64,000 nt of DNA, taken from NCBI GenBank assembly GCA_963675245.1, contig OY775910.1:224001-288000 (forward strand), in the 5' to 3' direction. Each line of letters opens with the position of its first letter. The first letter of the stretch is position 1. Positions 29,099-39,445 of this stretch are shown one piece after another. The DNA comes from Acholeplasmataceae bacterium (GTDB lineage Bacteria > Bacillota_I > Bacilli_A > Acholeplasmatales > Acholeplasmataceae). The translations under genes and the position numbers were made by a program. The notes beneath the pieces were generated by a model that saw nothing but the letters and a program-made list of their open reading frames with translations, made no database searches and was not told the origin of the DNA.

Positions 29099-30282
29099 AT
29101 TTTTCTAACCATCGCATCAACTTCAATTTTAAACTGAGTAGGGATTTTAATGATTTGTCTTGGATGTCTCGCAACTTCCAATGGTTCTCCTTCTTCATCA
29201 GTCATGGATGTAACAACCATCTTATACTTTTTACCACTAGGATTGAAAAACTCAATTTTATCACCTAATACAAAGTGATTTCTTTGTTCAAGTGTGACGA
29301 CTTTAAGTTGTTCATCATAATCTTTAACTAAACCGATGAAAAGTTGTGATGGACGTTCACTATTTAAATCAAAGAGTTGTTCATTAACCCCTGGTAAACC
29401 TTCTAAAAAGCCAACCCCAGTTAATCTGTTTTCAGCTTTACTAATTTCCATTTCATAGAAATCAGGATCCTCAATTTTACCTGTTTTCATATATTCATCA
29501 ATGACTTGACGATACGTGGATACGACCGTTGCGATATAATGAAGACTCTTCATACGACCTTCAATTTTTAATGAAGCGACACCAGCATCAATTAAATTAG
29601 GAATATGTTTAATCGCTTGAAGATCTTTACTAGACATGGTGAAAGGTCTTTTTGAGATTGCTTCATTACTTTCTTTTAAGCTGTAATTCCAGCGACATGA
29701 ATGGGCACAACCTCCACGATTCGCATCTCTGCCAGTCATATTGTCAGATAATGAGCAACGTCCAGAAAAACTCATACACATCCCACCATGAATAAACACT
29801 TCGATATCTGCAATTGTTTTATCAGATACCGCTTTAATTTGATCGATATCTAACTCTCTAGCTAAAACGATTCGTTTCACACCGCGTTTATGCCAAAAGT
29901 CAACTGCCCGTGTCGATAAAGCAGATTGTTGAGTGGAAAGGTGTATTTCTAAGTTTGTGTGTCTTCTTGCTACGTCTATAATCGCAGGAGACGCACATAT
30001 AATCGCGTCAACACCATTTTCTTCTAAACCTACCAAATAGTCTCTTAAACCAGTTAAGTCTTCATCATGAGGAATAATGTTTGTGGTGACGTAAACTTTT
30101 TTACCTCTTTCATGTGCAAAATCGGTTGCTTCTTTAATGTCCTTTAAACTGAAATTTGAAGCACGTGCACGTAGTGAAAAATCCTGTCCACCAATGAAGA
30201 CAGCATCAGCACCATAAATAATCGCGATCTTTAATTTTTCTAAACTGCCTGCTGGCGCTAATAATTCAATCATTGTTAACAC
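29095..30282 (-). CDS. peptidase U32-family tRNA hydroxylase (YrrO/TrhP2-like)
   Basis: ELLAPAG, HLSTQ, EVFIHGGMCMSFSGRC, NRGGCAHSCR, SLKIEGRMKS. Confidence 0.9.
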   Translation of the reverse strand: MLTMIELLAPAGSLEKLKIAIIYGADAVFIGGQDFSLRARASNFSLKDIKEATDFAHERGKKVYVTTNIIPHDEDLTGLRDYLVGLEENGVDAIICASPAIIDVARRHTNLEIHLSTQQSALSTRAVDFWHKRGVKRIVLARELDIDQIKAVSDKTIADIEVFIHGGMCMSFSGRCSLSDNMTGRDANRGGCAHSCRWNYSLKESNEAISKRPFTMSSKDLQAIKHIPNLIDAGVASLKIEGRMKSLHYIATVVSTYRQVIDEYMKTGKIEDPDFYEMEISKAENRLTGVGFLEGLPGVNEQLFDLNSERPSQLFIGLVKDYDEQLKVVTLEQRNHFVLGDKIEFFNPSGKKYKMVVTSMTDEEGEPLEVARHPRQIIKIPTQFKIEVDAMVRKI

Positions 30283-31150
30283 CTTTTACCTTATACATCG
30301 TTGGTTTATGCAAAAATGCTTCATCCCAAGTTTCATGATATGCATCTTGGATGGCTTTCATTTTTTCTTCTGTCGGATTTAAATAATAATCAAGAACATC
30401 TTTTGCATATTCATCATCATGAAAAATTGTATCAATAACGAGATAATCAATCGCGTCTTTTAAAACATCTAAATATTGATCACTATGAAAAACATTATAT
30501 CTGAACACATGTGTCCCAGCATCATCTTCTAATATTGGATATGGTTCATTGTCTCTTTTCGCTTCGATGAGCGTTAAATTCTTTTTATCATGGAAAGTAT
30601 GCTCTATTTGTGCCTTTGTTGTAAAGGTTCCAATTAGTTGTCTTTTTGAATAAAACATATCAAGATAACCGTGACCCATCATAAAGAGTTTTAGTTTTCT
30701 TGTAAACCCAATATGTCTGATTTCTTCTAATGTGATTTCTTTCGCGACAAACGCGCCTAAAATTCCTTCACTAGCAAAGATGTTCGTGTCATATTGATTG
30801 GTTAATAGCGTTTCAGGATGATACACACATTTATCAACGAAACCTAACTCATTTAAGACTGTTATTGCACCAACATCAGCAACAATAATTCCAGTGAGTC
30901 CATTGACATCAATATCGCTTAACCAGACCTTAAATTCTTCACAATCTTGATCATCGAATATACGATTCACGATTAAAAAAATGTCCTTGTTAAAAGATTG
31001 TGCTAATTTAATGGCCATGTTGATTTCATTCACATCAAAAGATGTTGTAAGTCTCGCACCAAAACGTTTATTTCCGATGATATAACCATCGGTTAACGGA
31101 TGTAATTTTTCGATTGCGTCTAACGCATGTATGGTAATAAGTTTTTTCAT
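30266..31150 (-). CDS. peptidase U32-family protein (YrrN/TrhP1-like)
   Basis: YHPETLLTN, AKEITLEEI, MFYSKRQL, YPILEDDAGTH; located between the O-methyltransferase and the second U32 gene. Confidence 0.85.
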   Translation of the reverse strand: MKKLITIHALDAIEKLHPLTDGYIIGNKRFGARLTTSFDVNEINMAIKLAQSFNKDIFLIVNRIFDDQDCEEFKVWLSDIDVNGLTGIIVADVGAITVLNELGFVDKCVYHPETLLTNQYDTNIFASEGILGAFVAKEITLEEIRHIGFTRKLKLFMMGHGYLDMFYSKRQLIGTFTTKAQIEHTFHDKKNLTLIEAKRDNEPYPILEDDAGTHVFRYNVFHSDQYLDVLKDAIDYLVIDTIFHDDEYAKDVLDYYLNPTEEKMKAIQDAYHETWDEAFLHKPTMYKVKGVNND

Positions 31151-31731
31151 GATGTCACTCTTTTCGAAACAGACAAGCCATCGCCTTGAGCAATAAACTC
31201 CGTTTCAAAATCTTTATTATTGATTAAAAAATGTCTGAATTTCTCAAGTTTTTTTAATAAACCTTTAGTATGTCTATTGGTCACCTTATTAATATCTAAA
31301 TGATGAAAATACAAGTTATCACATACAATGATTCCATCATCTTTTAAATACTCTTGATAACGATTAAATAATGTCATGTATTGAGATTTTGCCGCATCAA
31401 TAAAAATTAAATCATATGATTTAAGTGGTCCATTATATGTTAAAGCGTCCGCTTCAATTAGATTTATCAATCCTTGATGATCATATAAAGAAATATTTTT
31501 TTTTGCTTCTATTATCATGTCATAATCACGTTCAATCGTATCTATCTGAATACCTAATTTAGCCATTGCTAAAGCACTATAACCAATAGCACTTCCGATT
31601 TCTAATACATGGTTTACGTGTTGACTTTTGATTAGCTTCAATAGAAAATCCAGTCCCTCATCAGTTATTATTGGAACATGTTGTTCATTAGCATACGCTT
31701 TTAGTTTTTCTAACATATCGTTTTCCTTCAC
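31147..31731 (-). CDS. O-methyltransferase (YrrM/TrmR-like)
   Basis: VPII, LEIGSAIGYSA, DLIFIDAAKSQY, DNL, GDGL. Confidence 0.88.
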   Translation of the reverse strand: MKENDMLEKLKAYANEQHVPIITDEGLDFLLKLIKSQHVNHVLEIGSAIGYSALAMAKLGIQIDTIERDYDMIIEAKKNISLYDHQGLINLIEADALTYNGPLKSYDLIFIDAAKSQYMTLFNRYQEYLKDDGIIVCDNLYFHHLDINKVTNRHTKGLLKKLEKFRHFLINNKDFETEFIAQGDGLSVSKRVTS

Positions 31732-31771
31732 GAATATCTAAAGATATTTTATCACATCAACGCATTCAAAG

Positions 31772-31802
31772 AAAAAAGAGTGTCTTCAAAAACACTCTTT
31801 TT
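31772..31802 (-). terminator. intrinsic terminator
   Basis: AAAAAGAGTGT/ACACTCTTTTT inverted repeat. Confidence 0.75.
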
Positions 31803-31817
31803 ATTCAAATATGTTAT

Positions 31818-32180
31818 TTAGTGATGGTGTCCTGTGCAAAATTGATCAGTCGATTTTAATTCATCTCTTAAGAATAAATTAAATATGGTTTGAATATCAC
31901 CATGAGCACCTGCAATAACTTGAATGTTTTTATCATCAAATTTATGTTTTGCTTTCATACCTAATCCACCACAAATGATAACATCAATATTTTCTTTTAT
32001 GATCATATCAGGAAATGAGCCTTCTTGATGCGGTTTGACCTGTTTGATATCCAGTTGATATGACAAATCATCATTATTAAGTTCATAAATATATAATGCA
32101 TTTGATTGACCAAAATGCTCAGAGATTAAATGATTGTCCGCTGCTACGCCTATTTTCATCATCTTCACATTAATTACCAA
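31818..32180 (-). CDS. NifB/NifX (Nitro_FeMo-Co) domain protein
   Basis: MKIGVA, ISEHFG, DVIICGGLG, C-terminal CTGHHH. Confidence 0.85.
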   Translation of the reverse strand: MVINVKMMKIGVAADNHLISEHFGQSNALYIYELNNDDLSYQLDIKQVKPHQEGSFPDMIIKENIDVIICGGLGMKAKHKFDDKNIQVIAGAHGDIQTIFNLFLRDELKSTDQFCTGHHH

Positions 32181-33243
32181 AGTCTGGCAAAATCAGACTT
32201 AATCCATTATCACCTGAAATAACATCTGGCAGTTGACCATCCCATGTATCATAATATAATTGCGATAAAATAATCTCAGATATTTCTTGAATGGTTAAGT
32301 AACCAGCTACTGTTAAACCGGCAGCAATATCTGCTTCAAAATCAAGTTTTTCTTGACTGGTTTCAAATTGACCAGCATACATATTATTAATTGCATTTAC
32401 AGTTGCAGAATTCAATAATGCTTGTGCTTCTGCATCAGCTTCTGCTCTAATCACTGCAACTTGAGCTTCATTATTAGCCACAATAATGGCTGTTTCTGCT
32501 TCAACCTTTGCTCTTTCTTGCTGTTGTTCTGCAATTTCAATCTCTTTAGCGGCGACCGCTTCTTGTTCAACCGCACTTTCAATGGTGTCACCAGCATCGA
32601 CATCAGCGATCGTAAATGATTCTACTGTGATTCCTAATGCAGCAAGTGAATCTTTTAAATCAGTTTCTGTACCTTCTCTAACATCGACTAATCCACCTTT
32701 TAAAATGGTATAAACATCAAATTGGGCACTGTTGGTTTGTAAATCTTTTTTAACACGTGCTTCTACTGTAGAAATGGTTGAAGTAGTACTACCAAAACTA
32801 CGATAAAAACGATGTGCATTTATCGTTTCAACGCGATATTGAAGAGTTACTTTATAAGTCACCCATTGACCACCACCAACTTCTTCAAGTTCTCCAAACT
32901 CATTTTCACTATATATTACACCTGTTTGAGCAGATAATACAAAACTTTCTTCTCTCAACTTGGTTGAAATATTATAAACTTGTACCCAAGGTGCTTTAAA
33001 ATGCAACCCTTCACTTAGTGATGCATCCTGAATACCACCCTCAAAAGGATCATAAACAATACCAACTTCATTACCATTGACTTGAACAAAACAACCAAAT
33101 AAAATGATGAATAGCCCAAATAATGAATACAACTGACGCATGCTTGTTTTGAACTCATATTGTCCCTTAACAACACCTCTTTTAAGCCCTAATGAAACAA
33201 ATAAAACAATGACGACTATAACTGAAAATATAATATACCCCAC
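32170..33243 (-). CDS. SPFH (prohibitin/band 7) domain membrane protein
   Basis: Two N-terminal TMs, EVGIV..F.GG, GLHFKAPW, AVEQ..VA coiled coil, RAEADAEA, WDGQLP. Confidence 0.88.
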   Translation of the reverse strand: MGYIIFSVIVVIVLFVSLGLKRGVVKGQYEFKTSMRQLYSLFGLFIILFGCFVQVNGNEVGIVYDPFEGGIQDASLSEGLHFKAPWVQVYNISTKLREESFVLSAQTGVIYSENEFGELEEVGGGQWVTYKVTLQYRVETINAHRFYRSFGSTTSTISTVEARVKKDLQTNSAQFDVYTILKGGLVDVREGTETDLKDSLAALGITVESFTIADVDAGDTIESAVEQEAVAAKEIEIAEQQQERAKVEAETAIIVANNEAQVAVIRAEADAEAQALLNSATVNAINNMYAGQFETSQEKLDFEADIAAGLTVAGYLTIQEISEIILSQLYYDTWDGQLPDVISGDNGLSLILPDFGN

Positions 33244-33311
33244 ACTCTTATTCTCCTTAATTATTTATTATAAAAAAACAGTTGATTTATCATCACTGTT
33301 TATTTATTAAT

Positions 33312-33578
33312 TTATGCTTCCTCTTCTAAATCATCATAAAACTTTTCTAAAACTTGTTCCAACATGTCCCATTCTTCATCGGTCTCAATGTCAGAAAATA
33401 CACCTTCACTTTCATCATCAACATCTGGTGTATATATCGCTGCAGTAACTTCTTCTGAATCTAAAACTTCAAAAACAACATATTTTTTTCCATTTGCTTC
33501 ATGTGTAAATAGAATTTCACACACTGTTTCCTCACCATTATCATCAACTAATGTGAGTTGTTTATCTTCGCTTAGCAT
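33312..33578 (-). CDS. DUF1292 (YrzB-like) acidic protein
   Basis: LTLVDDNGEE, ILFT, KKYV, IETDEEWDMLEQV. Confidence 0.9.
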   Translation of the reverse strand: MLSEDKQLTLVDDNGEETVCEILFTHEANGKKYVVFEVLDSEEVTAAIYTPDVDDESEGVFSDIETDEEWDMLEQVLEKFYDDLEEEA

Positions 33579-33579
33579 A

Positions 33580-33999
33580 TTATGCCCCCTTATAATTTAA
33601 ATAACTTTGTAAAATAACGACAGCCGCCATTTCATCTTTTTTCTTTTTTTGTTTTTTCCGTGATTGATTGCCAGCAATCATCGCGTTAACTGCTGATTTT
33701 GTAGATAGTCTTTCATCCCATAATACAACACTCATATTTAGTTTAGATTCAATGCTTTTTTTGACATCTTCACTAATCTTACCCCGGATACCTACATCAT
33801 TATTCATATGTTTGGGATAACCCAAAACTACCACGTCAATATGTTCCAATTTTACCACATTTATGATTTTTTTAACGGCTTCCTCATACATTTCATCGAA
33901 AAAATGTAATGTATCATATTTTTCAGCAATGATTCCAGAGTTTGAAATTGCTAATCCAATCGTTTTACTTCCTAAATCAACACCTAAATATTTTTTCAT
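33580..33999 (-). CDS. ruvX: YqgF/RuvX-family nuclease
   Basis: LGVDLGSKTIGLAIS, VLGYPKHMN, WDERLST, DEMAAVVILQSYL. Confidence 0.95.
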   Translation of the reverse strand: MKKYLGVDLGSKTIGLAISNSGIIAEKYDTLHFFDEMYEEAVKKIINVVKLEHIDVVVLGYPKHMNNDVGIRGKISEDVKKSIESKLNMSVVLWDERLSTKSAVNAMIAGNQSRKKQKKKKDEMAAVVILQSYLNYKGA

Positions 34000-36578
34000 A
34001 ATTGATCCTTAATTATCTTAATCATCTCATTTACCTTTGACAAATCCTGTGTGCCACCTTGCGCCATATTACCACGACCCCCACCGCGACCATTTGTGAG
34101 TGAGCAAGCGAGTTTGACAAGGTCTGCTGCTTTTTCTGATGCGCTCTTTGAGATGAAGGTTGCTTTATCATCTGTGACATTGACAAGTAGAATCGTATCC
34201 GCCTTTATTCTATCATAAATCGCATCAGTGAGTTGTTTCAATATCTTTGACTCAATGTCTTTTGTCACAATGACTTGTGATTTTGATTCAAAGTCATCAA
34301 TAAATTGGTCAACATCTTTTAGTACATCTTCAGACTGTTTTCTAAATATTTCTTTTTCAGCTTCTTTTAGCGCATGTTGAAGACGTTCAACATAAGCTCT
34401 GTAATTAATGATATCTTGATAGCTACCGATAACCTCTGGTGCTTGTTCCATGTGATCTTTCACGCCAACACGTGTTGCCTTATCCATTAATGCATCAATC
34501 TCTACTAAGAAAGAATCAATGAATGATGTCATTTGACCTTTTAAATCTGTCCCTGTAACACCTTCCATACGGTAGATCCCAGAGCCAATCGATTCATAAG
34601 AACAAATCGCGAAATCAATAATCTCTTTTGTATTTTTAACGTGCGTACCACCACATAATTCTTTTGACCATCCCATGTCAACGACACGGACAACATCCCC
34701 ATATTTTTCACCAAAAAGTGCCATCGCGCCAAGTTTTTTCGCTTCTTCAATTGGCATTTCTTTAATGCGTACATCAAGTGGTTTTTCTTTGATATAGTGT
34801 TTTACAAGTTTTTCAACTTCTAAAATACGTTTATCTGGCTCAGTTTCATAATGGTTAAAGTCAAATCGCCAACTCTTAGGACTCACTTGAGAGCCTTGTT
34901 GATTCGCATGTTTGCCAAAAATGTCTTTTATCGCTTGGTGGAATAAATGTGCTGCACTATGATTTCTAATTGTTTTTAAACGTGCTTTCGCATCTACAAT
35001 CGCGAGTACTTCTTCACCTTCTTCAAAGTCTCCTTCAACTTGGTGAATAAACTGTCCATTAGGCAGCTTAGAGACATCCGTTACCTTTAGACCATTAATT
35101 GTACCTGTATCAGCGACCTGTCCTCCAGAGGTTGCGTAAAATGGTGTTTGTTCTAACACAATACCATCATCAAACACTTTAATCACTGACGTGTTTGTCT
35201 GTAAGACATCATAACCAATAAATTTAGACGATTCAGTGAAATTAAGATACGCTTCATCCTGTGCTTTCATACTCTTCTTTGTAGATCTTGCATTTCTAGA
35301 ACGTTCTTTTTGTTTTTGAAGTTCTAAATCAAAATCCTCACGATTGACTTTAACACCTTGTTCTTCAGCCATTTCAATCGTTAACTCAATAGGGAAACCA
35401 TACGTGTCATATAATTTAAAGGCTGTTTCACCACTTAAGGTTTTACCTTCTTTTTGAATGGCATCTAATAAATGCTTTTCGCCTTCACTAATCGTCGCGA
35501 TAAATTTTTCTTCTTCTTTTTTAACAATATCCTTGACGATATTTTTGGTGTCATAAAGGCGATCATAAAAGACACCCATCATCTCTACAACATCATCTAC
35601 TAAGATATATAAGAATGGGTCGTTTAAGCCTAAGAAACGTCCATGTTTAACTGCTCTTCTTAGAAGTCTTCTTAACACATAACCACGACCTTCATTAGAA
35701 AGCATCGCACCATCAGAGATAGCGAATGTTAATGCCTTAATATGATCAGCAATCACTTTAAATGACATTTGTCCTTCATATGTCACGCCTGATAATTTTT
35801 CGATATGTTTAATGATTGGGAAAAATAAATCCGTTTCAAAATTTGTTTCAGTGCCTTGAATGACACAGGCAAATCGTTCTAGACCTGCACCAGTATCAAT
35901 ATTTTTTTGTGGTAGTTCAGGATAATCTGCACGGTCTAATTTGCCAGGATTCGCATTAAACTGTGAAAAAACGATATTCCAAATTTCAATATAACGTTCA
36001 TTTTCAATATCCTGTTCAATGAGTTCAATACCACGTTTATCATAAGACTCACCACGATCAAAAAATATTTCCGTGTCTGGTCCTGATGGACCAGGTCCTA
36101 TTTCCCAGAAATTACCTTCATTTGGGATGAGATGTGATGGATCCATCCCCATCTCAATCCAATAGTTTTTGGTGTTTTCATCATCAGGATAATAGGTCAC
36201 ATATAACTTTTCTTTAGGCATTCCAAACCACTTAGGATCCGTTAATAATTCAAATCCATACTTTACAGCGTCTTCTTTAAAATAATCACCAATCGAAAAA
36301 TTACCAAGCATCTCAAAGAATGTATGGTGTCTCGCTGTTTTACCAACATTATCAATGTCATTGGTGCGAATGCACTTTTGAACATTAGCAAGCCTTGGAC
36401 TGCTAGGCACTTCTGAACCATCAAAATATTTCTTTAACGGAGCAACACCTGCATTTATCCATAATAATGTTGGGTCATTTTGGGGAATTAAAGAAGCAGA
36501 TTCTTCAATTACGTGTTTTTTAGAAACAAAGAAGTTCAACCATGTTTCTCTTATTTCTTTTGCTGTCATATAGCGCAT
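33996..36578 (-). CDS. alaS: alanine--tRNA ligase
   Basis: DPTLLWINAG, RHHTFFEMLGNFS, DTGAGLER, editing HSAAH and ELCGGTH, GGGRGNMAQGG. Confidence 0.99.
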   Translation of the reverse strand: MRYMTAKEIRETWLNFFVSKKHVIEESASLIPQNDPTLLWINAGVAPLKKYFDGSEVPSSPRLANVQKCIRTNDIDNVGKTARHHTFFEMLGNFSIGDYFKEDAVKYGFELLTDPKWFGMPKEKLYVTYYPDDENTKNYWIEMGMDPSHLIPNEGNFWEIGPGPSGPDTEIFFDRGESYDKRGIELIEQDIENERYIEIWNIVFSQFNANPGKLDRADYPELPQKNIDTGAGLERFACVIQGTETNFETDLFFPIIKHIEKLSGVTYEGQMSFKVIADHIKALTFAISDGAMLSNEGRGYVLRRLLRRAVKHGRFLGLNDPFLYILVDDVVEMMGVFYDRLYDTKNIVKDIVKKEEEKFIATISEGEKHLLDAIQKEGKTLSGETAFKLYDTYGFPIELTIEMAEEQGVKVNREDFDLELQKQKERSRNARSTKKSMKAQDEAYLNFTESSKFIGYDVLQTNTSVIKVFDDGIVLEQTPFYATSGGQVADTGTINGLKVTDVSKLPNGQFIHQVEGDFEEGEEVLAIVDAKARLKTIRNHSAAHLFHQAIKDIFGKHANQQGSQVSPKSWRFDFNHYETEPDKRILEVEKLVKHYIKEKPLDVRIKEMPIEEAKKLGAMALFGEKYGDVVRVVDMGWSKELCGGTHVKNTKEIIDFAICSYESIGSGIYRMEGVTGTDLKGQMTSFIDSFLVEIDALMDKATRVGVKDHMEQAPEVIGSYQDIINYRAYVERLQHALKEAEKEIFRKQSEDVLKDVDQFIDDFESKSQVIVTKDIESKILKQLTDAIYDRIKADTILLVNVTDDKATFISKSASEKAADLVKLACSLTNGRGGGRGNMAQGGTQDLSKVNEMIKIIKDQL

Positions 36579-36593
36579 ATCAACGCCTCCTTC

Positions 36594-36797
36594 AAAAATA
36601 AAAGCCCTCAGATAAAATATCTAAGGACGAATCATCGCGGTACCACCTTAGTTCTAGAATTTCTTCTAGCCCTCAAAACCGTTATAGCCGGTATACTGTT
36701 TGCTCCAGAATTAGCATTCATAGGGTCTTTATATCCGTTCTCAGCTCATCGGACTCTCTGTGATAATTTCACTACTACTAGGATTCTTTCATCGCTC
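36594..36797 (-). promoter_or_regulatory. T-box riboswitch (Ala specifier GCU) upstream of alaS
   Basis: Minus strand shows AGAGA and GCTGA stem-I motifs, specifier loop GAAT-GCT-AA (36715-36713), T-box AAGGTGGTACCGCG (36649-36636) and terminator CCTTAGATA..TATCTGAGG+T-tract. Promoter TTGCTA-17-TAGAAT at 36831-36803. Confidence 0.93.
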
Positions 36798-36846
36798 ACT
36801 TTATTCTAACATGTTTATGTTTTGATAGCAAGATATCAAAATCAAA

Positions 36847-37290
36847 TTATAGATTATCTGCTTCCATCAAAAAGTGCCATACATCTTCTTCAATAAATGG
36901 TTCTGATATGACTTTAAATCCTAATGAAGCATAATAATCTTTTAAATACGCTTGCGCATGAATCACAAACTTCTCACCCTTATGTTCTAACATAACAGCT
37001 TTAATCAGTTTAGAAGCTAAACCTTGATGTCTAAATCTCTTTTCAGTAACGAGTCTACCAAAACTCTTCGCACCTACATCATAAGCATGTGGTGGTAAGA
37101 ATCTTAAATAACTCACGATTCTACCATCTCTTTTAATGAAATAATGATCACATTGATGATCTTTAAAGTCTGTATCTACATAAATGATATGTTGTTCTTC
37201 AATGAAAATCGTCATTCTTAAATTGAGGATTTCATATAATTCATCTGGTGTGAGTTCACTAAATGATTTTTTTACGATGTCTTCATACAT
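36847..37290 (-). CDS. ElaA-like GNAT acetyltransferase
   Basis: FSELTPDELYEILNLR..IFIEEQ, GRLV, RHQGLA, HAQAYL..YYASLGF. Confidence 0.9.
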   Translation of the reverse strand: MYEDIVKKSFSELTPDELYEILNLRMTIFIEEQHIIYVDTDFKDHQCDHYFIKRDGRIVSYLRFLPPHAYDVGAKSFGRLVTEKRFRHQGLASKLIKAVMLEHKGEKFVIHAQAYLKDYYASLGFKVISEPFIEEDVWHFLMEADNL

Positions 37291-38123
37291 AATTTAAATA
37301 CATAGGGTGCACCTAAAGCAGCCCAAACTCCTATCAATAAATATCTTATAAAATCAAAGATTAATAATTCAGGGAAAATGAATTTTAATCCTTCTTTTAT
37401 ACCTAATACTATAACAAGACCAACAATAACTTTCAATACTTGTGTCCAAAAAGGTGCTTTGACATCTAATTTCACATATCTCTTTTCAACAAAATATCCA
37501 GCTGCAAACCCCACATAAGCCCCTGCTGCGACGAATAAATCATGATCTGGAAATAAGATCATCACAACCGGCACAATAGGCATCAAGATGAATGTCCACC
37601 ATTCTTCTTTGTCACCCATTAAATCGATGAGTTTATCAATGAAATAAGCGAATCCTAATCCAACAACCAACCCTAAAATAACGTCAGATAAATAGTGTTG
37701 TCCTAAATACATTCTTGAAAAAGGAACTAATATCATGATGGCGATTGCGACATAAGATAACCACTTTAATTTTTGTTTTTTCGCTACCTTTAAACCGGTA
37801 TATCCTAAGACACCTGCAGCTGTTGCGTGACCACTAGGAAGAGAGTAACCACTTGTGTAATAATCAAATGGCACAGTGACACCTGCTTCACTATAAGGTC
37901 TTGGTCTTTTAAATACATTTTTTAATATGAAACTAAAAAGGGATGCGATCATATACATCAGTGCGAAGCGATGTGCAAACTTCTTATTCATCGTCCAGTA
38001 AATAATCACCGCGACGATAATAAAGAAATATTGGTCACCAATATAGGTGATGATATAAAACAACCAATCAAAAAATGGGTTTCTAATGAGTTGTATCCCT
38101 TTAATAATCTCCAAATCAATCAT
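37272..38123 (-). CDS. PAP2-family membrane phosphatase
   Basis: K..F.RPRP, PSGHA, SRMYLGQHY..DV. Confidence 0.92.
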   Translation of the reverse strand: MIDLEIIKGIQLIRNPFFDWLFYIITYIGDQYFFIIVAVIIYWTMNKKFAHRFALMYMIASLFSFILKNVFKRPRPYSEAGVTVPFDYYTSGYSLPSGHATAAGVLGYTGLKVAKKQKLKWLSYVAIAIMILVPFSRMYLGQHYLSDVILGLVVGLGFAYFIDKLIDLMGDKEEWWTFILMPIVPVVMILFPDHDLFVAAGAYVGFAAGYFVEKRYVKLDVKAPFWTQVLKVIVGLVIVLGIKEGLKFIFPELLIFDFIRYLLIGVWAALGAPYVFKLCMKTS

Positions 38124-39007
38124 GATTTATCCTTTTTCCTTTTAATCACTTCATCTTCATCTGCTCTAGTCAAAATGATACGTTTAAAACCATCTGGTTT
38201 GTCCCATGTATTTAATAATCTATTATAAATACCTTTTTGTTCAAGTTTTTCTAACATGTAGTTGGCTAAACAAACACCATAATCTACGCGTTTAGGGACT
38301 TTATCAATATCGAAATCCATGATATCTAGACCAATTATGTCAAATAATTTATATTGTTGGATATCAACTAATAAAACATCATATTTTTCATAATCTTTCG
38401 GTTTATATTTACCAAAAATGGGGACTGCAATAATAATATCACAGCCTTGATCAATGAGTGGTTGTATAGGGACGGGATCAAGCGTTCCACCATCTACAAA
38501 TGTTTCTTCTTTAAAATCATCTGGACCAAAGACAATCGGAATGGATGCACTAGCAAGTGCTGCTTGATGAGGATCCACTTCATCATTTAAATTGAATACC
38601 ACTTTTTCCATGCGATTAATCAATACTTGATCAATTAATGTCTTCTTATTGATCTTCGCAGCTGTCGCGAATCCTTGAATGTTCGATTGTCTAATTTCAT
38701 CAAGTGTGACAGCACTAGCGAATGTATCATATAATTCTTGAAGTGAAAAAATACCTAATTTATCTAATTTAAGTCTTGATTGCGTACCAAAAATAACTGA
38801 CTTGTCAATGGTTGTCCAAAGGTCATACATTCTTTCATATGAAATACCTGCCATCACCATCAGTGCATGTATGGCACCAATTGATGTGCCTGATACAACG
38901 CTGATATCTTGCATGATGCCAGCGTCCATGAGTGCTTTAATAACGCCAATTTGAAAACTGCCTCTAGCACCCCCACCACCTAAGGCTAGTCCAATTTTAT
39001 GTGCCAT
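38120..39007 (-). CDS. patatin-like phospholipase
   Basis: [23 protein letters not shown]. Confidence 0.92.
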   Translation of the reverse strand: MAHKIGLALGGGGARGSFQIGVIKALMDAGIMQDISVVSGTSIGAIHALMVMAGISYERMYDLWTTIDKSVIFGTQSRLKLDKLGIFSLQELYDTFASAVTLDEIRQSNIQGFATAAKINKKTLIDQVLINRMEKVVFNLNDEVDPHQAALASASIPIVFGPDDFKEETFVDGGTLDPVPIQPLIDQGCDIIIAVPIFGKYKPKDYEKYDVLLVDIQQYKLFDIIGLDIMDFDIDKVPKRVDYGVCLANYMLEKLEQKGIYNRLLNTWDKPDGFKRIILTRADEDEVIKRKKDKS

Positions 39008-39443
39008 GTTTCAACACCTTTTTCATACGCATTGATGCATCTTTTTCTTTCATGATTTGTCGCTTGTCGTAATTCTTTTTACCTTTTGCTAATCCAATTT
39101 CCAATTTACATAAGCCCCCTTCTAAATAAACCTTTAATGGAATAACTGAATAACCTTGTTCTCTTGTTTTAGAAAATAATTTAGTAATTTCTTTTTTATG
39201 TAATAATATTTTTCTTGTTCTTGTTTCTTCATGATTAAATTGATTCGCTTCTTTATATTGAGAAATGTGCATGTTTAAAACAAAGGCTTCACCATTTCTA
39301 AATGTGACATAACTATCACTTAAGTTCACCTTGCCAGCACGAATCGATTTAATTTCACTACCGACGAGTTTGATACCCGCTTCATATGATTCTTCAATGA
39401 AGTAGTCATGTCTCGCCTTTTTGTTTTGTGCAATAAGCTTCAT
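38997..39443 (-). CDS. smpB: SsrA-binding protein
   Basis: [29 protein letters not shown]. Confidence 0.98.
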   Translation of the reverse strand: MKLIAQNKKARHDYFIEESYEAGIKLVGSEIKSIRAGKVNLSDSYVTFRNGEAFVLNMHISQYKEANQFNHEETRTRKILLHKKEITKLFSKTREQGYSVIPLKVYLEGGLCKLEIGLAKGKKNYDKRQIMKEKDASMRMKKVLKHGT

Positions 39444-39445
39444 CT

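Noticed and set aside
36513..36809. 98-aa plus-strand ORF upstream of alaS
   Set aside because: Antisense to the T-box leader, which fully explains the region.
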